Positions 57,901 to 64,000 of a stretch of DNA of 64,000 nt are shown one piece after another. Each line of letters opens with the position of its first letter. The first letter of the stretch is position 1. The notes beneath the pieces are model-generated. The model had not been told where the DNA came from. It saw only the letters and a program-made list of their open reading frames with translations, and did no database searches. The DNA is from Coriobacteriia bacterium (GTDB lineage Bacteria; Actinomycetota; Coriobacteriia; Coriobacteriales; Eggerthellaceae): NCBI GenBank assembly GCA_030540215.1, contig JAUNWR010000002.1, positions 10,119-74,118 on the forward strand, given 5' to 3'. The position numbers were made by a program, and so were the translations under genes.

Positions 57901-58758
57901 GACATCGACAAGTTCCCGCACTGGTTCGAGCCGAAGAACTCCAAGGTGGAGGCCCCGCGCTACTACCACAAGGACCAGGCGGACCAGATCGCCACGACGG
58001 ACTCCTACATCAATGACAACTACAAGGGCGATCATCTGATGGAGGAGTACAAGGAGAACCTGCAGAAGTACGGCGACGACCATGCGTTCATCATGACCAC
58101 CGGTTCCCGTCAGCCCGTGTACTTCCACTCCGAGCACCGTCAGCTGCCCTGGTGCCGCGAGCTGTGGCCGTCCCCGCGCGTCGAGATCAATCCGAAGGAC
58201 GCCGCGCGCATGGGCATCGAGCAGGGCGACTGGGTGTGGATCCGCACGCCGTGGGGCGCCGTCCGCGAGGTGGCCGACCTGTACTACGGCATCAAGGAAG
58301 GCACCATCAACGCCAACCATGCCTGGTGGTACCCCGAGATGGACACCGCGAGCCACGGCTTCGAGCTGGTCGGCATCAACTGCTGCATGGACAAGTACGC
58401 CCAGTGCTGGGTGTGCGGCGCCTCGCAGCTGCGCGGCATCCCGGCGCTGATCTACAAGGCCACGCCGGAGAACTCCCCGTTCAAGAACCCGGTGCCGTGC
58501 GATCCGAAGGGCAACCCCGCCATCACGAACGCCAACGACCCGCGTCTGAAGGAATGGCTGTCCAACGACCCGCGTTTGGCAGACGCCAAGGTGGAGCTGA
58601 CGTTCGCCAACATGGATGCGAAGGGCTGCAACCCGTCCATCCAGTCCCCGGAGGCCCTGGCCACCGGCAAGCTGCCCAAGGGCGAGCGCGGAAGCGATGC
58701 CCTCGGCCAGTACAGCAACAAAGGCCAGCTGAGCGATGCGCTCGGCTCCTACAAATAA
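54967..58758 (+). CDS. Tat-exported bis-MGD molybdoenzyme catalytic subunit, catechol dehydroxylase (Dadh/Hcdh/Cadh)-like
   Basis: SLTRRSFLK Tat motif; CCRACGKVECG..HCCAKSQSS FeS motif; YHPDRL, GTSRVW, EICKGPR, VQWG..SNYD, YFHSEHRQLPWCRE, all recalled as typical of the Eggerthella dopamine dehydroxylase clade. Confidence 0.88.
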   Translation: MAKLSLTRRSFLKASAMAGAAATVGFAAAPSAALAEGADPTAGEVKRIRSCCRACGKVECGTWVTVQDNKVIKVEGDESNAHSRGHCCAKSQSSMLALYHPDRLRYCLKRTNPKGEDDPGWVRISLADAFDEAGAKLNEIVEKYGGEANFAMGGTSRVWAQPPYGTLKSIFPTPNAHLAYEICKGPRHFAGILTDEIGSPWMEVEQGPLVYVQWGTAAEYSNYDSTNRTVVDCSQRAYKHILVDPRMTPLGKEADLWLPLRVGTDLCLSLTWLKWILDNEAYDDLFVRRWTNAPFLWNPEKDGRTKKGWFQEMNGGVDMESRILTEADVDREWISQWWEPADEKYSYRRFICWDENNNKPTYWDAEACQWEGEKHKIPTTGTWIEHPYKPIIADAWLPDPSHFADPADSSYDAYWTEGNEGGKKSNPMGLPKNPALFPGGVDIKLKNGTTIKAGTVWEAFSDSLSEYTPEYCESVTEVPAEKIVEAVKIYTTRLNPLHGNGGIHYQLAPDQTGHAVQNSRALQLIACITGNSDEPAGNRGSSKAEVDGCCGRANMKVTDHAPQDWGIRDGVGSMELGDTPRDLSIEDQVPLIQNFVQHLIDVKSPLAERYGNHVPSAEEARWIAERKGGAYKSSRTWPGLKTSFDSNAKQISAERFPLLRYWNRWADSATIWDSINGIDTPYQIHGGVCMSGDFMNESNLLEAWEALTRLDFWLDFNLWSCPNNGCADIVIPVLHWLEVNTGRVSQGAGGIFGAGQRAVEPMGDCIYDPVAVICLYLGMAKAVSGKEHPTRADIPADRSAVIWNDRDLNYDGWNNLDYNEFVQMGGSITYEQQEYRVLKDATDWWRIEEFKDKESKPEQVIPAFPSYASAEKPAQVANDVAGPDFPEYAAKFQEEGWFDCRKWHPERWGTYRRWEMGYRRQQGGYNLYAAIDEKCGFMTPTAKVEVWSTIAETYIPDTTKTFAESCSPDRAAYDGKIPDIDKFPHWFEPKNSKVEAPRYYHKDQADQIATTDSYINDNYKGDHLMEEYKENLQKYGDDHAFIMTTGSRQPVYFHSEHRQLPWCRELWPSPRVEINPKDAARMGIEQGDWVWIRTPWGAVREVADLYYGIKEGTINANHAWWYPEMDTASHGFELVGINCCMDKYAQCWVCGASQLRGIPALIYKATPENSPFKNPVPCDPKGNPAITNANDPRLKEWLSNDPRLADAKVELTFANMDAKGCNPSIQSPEALATGKLPKGERGSDALGQYSNKGQLSDALGSYK

Positions 58759-58777
58759 GGAAAGGAGGTAACAACCC

Positions 58778-59437
58778 ATGGCAAATTACGCGATCATCAC
58801 CGACCTGAACCGTTGCACCGGCTGCCTGGCCTGCACGGTCGCCTGCAAGGCGATCAACGGCGTCGACGTCGGCAACTTCTGGATCAAGACGCTGCGCATC
58901 GGTCCGCACCCCATCGAGGGCGGCTCGGGCGATTACCCGGACGTGGAGATGTACTTCCTTCCGGTCCAGTGCCAGCACTGCGCCAACCCCGAGTGCGTGC
59001 GCGTGTGCCCGACCGGCGCGTCCCATATCCGCGAGGACGGCACCGTGCAGATCGACAAGTCCAAGTGCATCGGCTGCCGCTTCTGCGCCCTGGCCTGCCC
59101 GTACGGCGTGCGTTACCTCAACGAGGAGGAGCGCGTCGTCGAGAAGTGCACCATGTGCGAGCAGCGTATCAGCCAAGGCGAGCTGCCGCAGTGCGTGGCC
59201 CAGTGCGGCGCCCGCGCCCGCTTCTTCGGCGACCTTGACAAGGGCGTCGACAACTTCGAGGGCCCGGCGCATCCTGACAGCCCGGGCTGCCAGTACGACG
59301 AGATGACCAAGACCCGCGTCAAGCTCAAGGACTACGTCGAGGCGTACAAGGAAAGCGATATCCATCATCTCAAGGATGCAGGTAACAAGCCCAAGCTGAT
59401 GTACCTGCTCCGCGAGGGCCGAAAGTGGAGGGAGTAG
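58778..59437 (+). CDS. 4Fe-4S electron-transfer subunit (DmsB-like)
   Basis: CTGCLACTVAC, CQHCANPECVRVCP, CIGCRFCALACPY, KCTMC..PQCVAQC. Confidence 0.95.
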   Translation: MANYAIITDLNRCTGCLACTVACKAINGVDVGNFWIKTLRIGPHPIEGGSGDYPDVEMYFLPVQCQHCANPECVRVCPTGASHIREDGTVQIDKSKCIGCRFCALACPYGVRYLNEEERVVEKCTMCEQRISQGELPQCVAQCGARARFFGDLDKGVDNFEGPAHPDSPGCQYDEMTKTRVKLKDYVEAYKESDIHHLKDAGNKPKLMYLLREGRKWRE

Positions 59438-59441
59438 ACTC

Positions 59442-60359
59442 ATGAATCCGGAATGGCCTCTAATCCTCTTCACCTTCTTCCTGTGCCTGTCCGGCGGCAT
59501 CTTGGGCGCACAGGGCCTGCTCACCGTGCTCGGCAAGGGCAAGAAGATGCAGAACGTGGCGCTCATCGCCGCGCTGGCGACGCTCGTGATCGGCGGCATC
59601 TGCGTGTTCATGCACCTGCAGCATTGGGAGCGCATCTTCAACGCGTTCGGCGCGCTGCTCGCCGGTAACGGCTACGGCGTGTCCGGCATCACCCTCGAGC
59701 TGTGGGGCTGCGTCGTGGAGTTCATCGCGATCGCGCTGTTCTTCCTGTTCGCCCGCCGCGCCGAGGACGGCGTCGCCCCGAAGTGGGTCGGCGTCCTGGC
59801 CATCATCGTGGGCCTGGCGCTTCCCATGGTCACCGGCGACTCCTACTTGATGCCGTCGCTGCCCACCTGGGATAACCCGCTTCTGATCGTGTACTACCTG
59901 ACGAACACGATCTTCATGGGCGGCCTGGCCGCGCTCGTGATCGCCGGCCTGACCGGCGACGTCGAAGCTCGCGACTTCATGGTCAAGACCGCTCTGGCCG
60001 GCGCCGTGGCCCAGCTGGCCATCGTGCTGGTGTACGCGATCATGATCAACGGCTCCGCCGCCACGTACTCCGCCGACATCGCGTTCTACTTCGACCCGAC
60101 GCTGCCTGACGTGCCCATGGTCGACCGCGCCGCCGTCGTCGGCAGCCTGCTGGCCGGCTCCAATGCCCTGATGTTCTGGCTGGGCGCCATCATCGTCGGC
60201 ATCGTCGCCCCGGCCGCCATCCTGTGGTTCGGCAAGGCGAACGATGGCCAGCAGCTGGCCATCTACGCCGGCGGTGCAGGCGTGTGCTGCATCATCGGCG
60301 GCATCATCTGGCGCGTGCTCCTGTACTCGGCAGCGATGCACATCTTCGCCCTGTTCTAG
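59442..60359 (+). CDS. Membrane anchor subunit (DmsC/NrfD-like)
   Basis: EWPLILFT, HLQHWERIFNA, SGITLE, PTW; about 8 TM segments. Confidence 0.9.
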   Translation: MNPEWPLILFTFFLCLSGGILGAQGLLTVLGKGKKMQNVALIAALATLVIGGICVFMHLQHWERIFNAFGALLAGNGYGVSGITLELWGCVVEFIAIALFFLFARRAEDGVAPKWVGVLAIIVGLALPMVTGDSYLMPSLPTWDNPLLIVYYLTNTIFMGGLAALVIAGLTGDVEARDFMVKTALAGAVAQLAIVLVYAIMINGSAATYSADIAFYFDPTLPDVPMVDRAAVVGSLLAGSNALMFWLGAIIVGIVAPAAILWFGKANDGQQLAIYAGGAGVCCIIGGIIWRVLLYSAAMHIFALF

Positions 60360-60576
60360 GAAGCGAAGGCCGCAGGGCCGGTTCTGGTCGGCCGGCCCTG
60401 CGGGCGAACAGGCGGGAAAACGCCTGCTCGCAAGCTGAAAAGGCGTGTTGGAGGGGGCTTACCTGAACGCCCCGCTTTCGGCAACGGAAGCCCCCTCATA
60501 TACGCGTTTTCGCAAAGCCCCCGTCGGGGCTTTCACGCATAGGAAGAGGAAACGAAAGACACGGAGAGGGGTCTTC

Positions 60577-61311
60577 ATGAGCGAGGAGAAGAAGGAAGGC
60601 GCGCAGGCCGCCGCCCCGCAGGACGTCGGCGCAGCTGCCGATGCGGCGCTCGCGCAGCCTGCTGCGAAGAAGGCGAAGGAGCCTATGAGCGTTTCGCGCC
60701 GGTCGCTGCTCATCGGCGTGGGCAGCACGGCCGCGCTGCTGGGATTGGGCGCCCTGCGCTATGCCGGCCACGTGCCGCTGAACCGACCGCCGGGAGGTCA
60801 GGACGAGGCGCACCTGGTCAGCGCCTGCATCCGCTGCGAGAAATGCTACGAGGCGTGCCCGCGCCACGTCATCAAGCCGGCGAAGATCGAGGACGGCCTT
60901 CTGGGGATGCGCAGCCCGCAGCTGGACTTCAGCGCCGATTACTGCGACTTCTGCGCCGAGGAGAACGGCGGCGTGCCCCTGTGCGTGGCATCGTGCCCCA
61001 CCGAGGCGCTGCAGCTTCCCGCCGGCGCCGACGCGCACAACACCATCATCGGCCTGGCCGAGATCGACCCCAAGACGTGCCTGGCGTTCCGCGATACGGG
61101 CTGCCATTTCTGCTTCGACGCTTGCCGCGATGCCGGCTACGACGCCATCCAGCTCGACGGCAACGGTTACAGCCCGCGCCCGTACGTGATCGGGGACAAG
61201 TGCGTCGGCTGCGGCGCCTGCGAGAGCGTGTGCGTGTCGCTGCAGCAAGGTTCCATCGTCGCAGGAGCCACCGAGCGCGCCATCGTCGTCCGTCCCGCGT
61301 CCTCGCTGTAA
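60577..61311 (+). CDS. NapG/MauM-like Tat-anchored polyferredoxin
   Basis: SRRSLL, RPPGG, CIRCEKCYEACP, CDFC..LCVASCPT, CHFCFDAC, CVGCGACESVC. Confidence 0.9.
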   Translation: MSEEKKEGAQAAAPQDVGAAADAALAQPAAKKAKEPMSVSRRSLLIGVGSTAALLGLGALRYAGHVPLNRPPGGQDEAHLVSACIRCEKCYEACPRHVIKPAKIEDGLLGMRSPQLDFSADYCDFCAEENGGVPLCVASCPTEALQLPAGADAHNTIIGLAEIDPKTCLAFRDTGCHFCFDACRDAGYDAIQLDGNGYSPRPYVIGDKCVGCGACESVCVSLQQGSIVAGATERAIVVRPASSL

Positions 61312-61321
61312 GGGGGTTGTC

Positions 61322-62251
61322 ATGAAATTGAGCAAGATCCGTACCATCGTGGCGGCCGCCGTGTTCTGCATCCTGGCCGTGGGCCTGATCGCGGGCATCA
61401 ACATGGGCACGCTGTCCGGTTTCGGTTTCGATTCGTTCAGCGCGCTGTGCCCGCTCGGCGCCATCACCACCATGTTGGCGACCAAGACCCTGGTCCCGCG
61501 CGCCGTGTTCAGCATCATCATCATGGCGCTGCTGGTGTTCCTGTTCGGCCGTGCGTTCTGCGGCTGGATCTGCCCCGTCCCCGTGCTGGGCAAGCTGCGC
61601 GCGTTCTTCCGTTCGCCGAAGAAGCGCCGCGAGCTGGAGCAGGCGAAACGCGACGAGGCGCTCGATATCGCCAAGCTCGAGCTGGGCTGCGGCGGGAAGG
61701 GCGGTTGCGAGAGCTGCAGCGCCTGCAAGCAGCAGTGCGCCAAGCTGGATTCGCGCCATTACGTGCTGGGCGGCGCGCTGCTGTCCACGGCCATCTTCGG
61801 CTTCCCGGTGTTCTGCCTGGTGTGCCCCATCGGCCTGACCTTCGCCACCGTGCTGGTGTTCTGGCGCCTGTTCGCCAACGCGGACATGACCGTGGCCGTG
61901 GTCCTTATCCCGTTGATGCTGATCATCGAGCTGGTGTTCCTGCGCAAATGGTGCACGCGCTTCTGCCCCATGGCCGGCCTCATGAACCTGATGAGCCGCT
62001 TCAGCCGCACGTTCAAGCCCGTCATCGACGACGCGAAGTGCCTGGAGACGTCGAAGGGCACGGTGTGCAGCCGCTGCGCGATGGTGTGCGAGGCCGACAT
62101 CAACCTGCGCCATCCGGACTACGGCGAGCGGACGCTGGCGGACTGCACGCGCTGCAACGCCTGCGTGGACGCTTGCCCGGCAAGCGCCATCACCATGCCG
62201 GTGGTCGCCAAGCGCGGCAAGGCCGTGAAGCTGGCGCCGAACGAGAAGTAA
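61322..62251 (+). CDS. NapH/MauN-like membrane ferredoxin
   Basis: LCPLG, GRAFCGWICP, FCLVCPIG, WCTRFCP, CTRCNACVDACP. Confidence 0.9.
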   Translation: MKLSKIRTIVAAAVFCILAVGLIAGINMGTLSGFGFDSFSALCPLGAITTMLATKTLVPRAVFSIIIMALLVFLFGRAFCGWICPVPVLGKLRAFFRSPKKRRELEQAKRDEALDIAKLELGCGGKGGCESCSACKQQCAKLDSRHYVLGGALLSTAIFGFPVFCLVCPIGLTFATVLVFWRLFANADMTVAVVLIPLMLIIELVFLRKWCTRFCPMAGLMNLMSRFSRTFKPVIDDAKCLETSKGTVCSRCAMVCEADINLRHPDYGERTLADCTRCNACVDACPASAITMPVVAKRGKAVKLAPNEK

Positions 62252-62353
62252 CCATTCCGAAAGGCAAGCGTCCCTTGTGCATCCTCTTCGCGCCAAGGGG
62301 CGTTCTGCCGTCATGCCGCGCGTTGGGCGCTCCCTCCCTCCAACATGCGGCGT

Positions 62354-62474
62354 CATCCGCCCCGGGCCTTTCCCATCGGCCCGGGGCGGTTTTTGCCTGG
62401 CCGTATGTTGAGAACCCCCCTCGCTCGGCACGCGGCATCCGCTCCGGGCCTTCGCTGGCGCCGGGGCGGTTTTC
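62354..62474 (+). terminator. Tandem, mutually similar terminators ending the molybdoenzyme operon
   Basis: CATCCGCCCCGGGCC..GGCCCGGGGCGG-TTTTT (62354-62394) and CATCCGCTCCGGGCC..GGCGCCGGGGCGG-TTTT (62436-62473). Confidence 0.7.
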
Positions 62475-62720
62475 TTTGTGGGAAAACCTGGAGGGTCGCT
62501 AGGATACCGATAGAATACGTCCCGTACCACGGGTGAGCGTGCTCAAGCCGTGCATTCGCGCTTCCGCGCCGCACGCGCCAGTTTTCCGGGGTTCCAGAAA
62601 CACAATCGATATGCAAGGGTTTGCCTGATGTGGGCCTTTGGACTTTGCGCCTGTTTTCTCCGGCGCCGCTTTCCTCCTTTGCGTTCGATTGTCCGGTCAA
62701 TGCGCGTGAAAGGATGCGGA

Positions 62721-64000
62721 ATGCAAGGAAAACCATTGGTTGCGCTGCTGGTCGTTCTATACGCCAGCGCGTTTTTGGCGGGGTTCAACGAGAACCTGGT
62801 GAACATGGCGCTCATGTCCATCATGGGCGAGTACGGCGTCGACTCGGTCGCGGCGCAATGGCTGGTCACGGGCTATATGATCGTGGCGACCATCGTGGTC
62901 ATGTGCATGGCGTTCATGTACCGCCGCTTCAAGCTGCGCCCCCTCTACTTCGCCGCCGCGGCGTTCACGCTGGTCGGTTCGCTCATGGGGCTGTTCGCCA
63001 CAAGCTTCGAGCTGCTCATGGCGGCGCGTCTGGTGCAGGCCGCGGGCTCGGGCATCTTCATCCCGCTCATGATGAACACGGTGCTGGTGATCGCGCCGAA
63101 GCACAAGCTGGGCACGTTCCTGTCCATCGGCGGCTGCATGATCACGTTCGGCCCCGCCTTGGCTCCGACGGTGTGCGGCGCGCTGGTAACCTCGTTCGGC
63201 TGGCATAGCGTGTTCGCGGTGCCCCTTGCCGCCATGGCCGTGCTTGCGTTGGTGGCGCTGTTCGCGGTCAAGAACATGGGCTTCTCCCCTGCTCACCTGG
63301 ACATTCCGTCGACGGTGCTCTCGGCGGTGTTCCTTTGCGCGCTCAGCCTGGGCCTTGTAGAGCTGACCATCGATGTCCCGCTTGCGGTCGGGTCGCTTGC
63401 GGTGGCGGTGGCCACGGCGGTGCTGTTCGTGCTGCGCCAGTTGCGCTGCCAGCATCCGCTCATCGACCTGACGCCCATGAAGAGCCGTGCGTTCTGGCCG
63501 TCGGTGGTGCTGACCACCATCGCCATGATGGGCAGCTTCAGCATGAGCGTGCTGCTTCCGCTGTACCTGGAAGGCGGCACGGGCCTGACGGCGTTCGCGG
63601 CCGGCCTGCTCATGCTGGTCCCGGTGCTGGCGAACGCGGGCACCACGCTTTTGGGCGGCCGCATCATGGATGCGCGCGGCGAGTGGCCGCTGCTCCCGGC
63701 GGGTTTCGCGGCCATCGCCGCGGGCTTCGTCGTGATGGCGGCGCTGGCCCCCACGTTGTCGCTGCCGGCGGCGTTCGTCGCGGCGTTGCTGATCATGGGC
63801 GGCACGGGCTTCATCTTCTCGCCCTCGCAGACGGCGGGTCTACGCACCCTGCCTCAGGAGATGAACCCGTTCGGGGTGGCCATCTCCACCACGTTCGTGC
63901 AGATTGCGGCCTGTATCGGCCCCTCGCTGTACACGGGCATCATGTCCACCGCCCAGGCGGGAGCTCTGGCGGCGGGCGCCGATGCGGCGCTTGCGACCGC
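62721..64000 (+). CDS. MFS transporter, DHA2/LmrB-like (partial, runs off window)
   Basis: Not in ORF track; manual translation MQGKPLVALLVVLYASAFLAGFNENLVNMAL..QWLVTGYMI..ARLVQAAGSG..FGPALAPT; SD AAGGA. Confidence 0.9.
   Translation, partial: MQGKPLVALLVVLYASAFLAGFNENLVNMALMSIMGEYGVDSVAAQWLVTGYMIVATIVVMCMAFMYRRFKLRPLYFAAAAFTLVGSLMGLFATSFELLMAARLVQAAGSGIFIPLMMNTVLVIAPKHKLGTFLSIGGCMITFGPALAPTVCGALVTSFGWHSVFAVPLAAMAVLALVALFAVKNMGFSPAHLDIPSTVLSAVFLCALSLGLVELTIDVPLAVGSLAVAVATAVLFVLRQLRCQHPLIDLTPMKSRAFWPSVVLTTIAMMGSFSMSVLLPLYLEGGTGLTAFAAGLLMLVPVLANAGTTLLGGRIMDARGEWPLLPAGFAAIAAGFVVMAALAPTLSLPAAFVAALLIMGGTGFIFSPSQTAGLRTLPQEMNPFGVAISTTFVQIAACIGPSLYTGIMSTAQAGALAAGADAALAT

Noticed and set aside
54808-58779. 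1323-aa minus-strand ORF
   Set aside because: Antisense shadow of the molybdoenzyme gene. The same applies to 38886-41315, 27601-28968 and other long overlapping ORFs.

Overview
Origin-proximal chromosomal window of a high-GC anaerobic actinobacterium, most likely Coriobacteriia/Eggerthellaceae (inferred from gene order, gene content and the Tat-exported molybdoenzyme). It opens with a ~1.2 kb DnaA-box-rich oriC candidate, followed by rpmH-rnpA-yidD-yidC-jag-rsmG-parA-parB. Ten parS sites (TGTTTCACGTGAAACA) lie in the first 33.4 kb. Housekeeping genes follow (rlmN, ddl, DnaQ-DinG fusion, citrate synthase, tadA, ispE, lemA, aroK, rlmH, xth, folE), with two tRNA-Ser genes and a glycine-riboswitch-controlled Ala/Gly symporter. 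Next are a classical menaquinone cluster (menF-D-H // menB-menE::menC) split by a GGDEF-REC-HD-GYP + Hpt cassette, an amino acid antiporter, xpt-pbuX and a CorC/CNNM-type protein. The window ends with a catechol-dehydroxylase-like (Dadh/Hcdh/Cadh clade) molybdoenzyme operon with NapG/NapH-like genes and a partial MFS gene. No IS, prophage, integrase or CRISPR array was seen. Best leads: (i) a degenerate UvrD-like pseudo-helicase plus acidic partner gene divergent from the dehydroxylase operon, where a LuxR regulator would be expected; (ii) a candidate leader-peptide attenuator upstream of the CorC-like gene; (iii) parS sites doubling as terminator stems, promoter spacers and coding sequence; (iv) a membrane M28 pseudo-peptidase split by an ~840-aa insertion. 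All family calls come from motif recognition by eye, with no database searches run.
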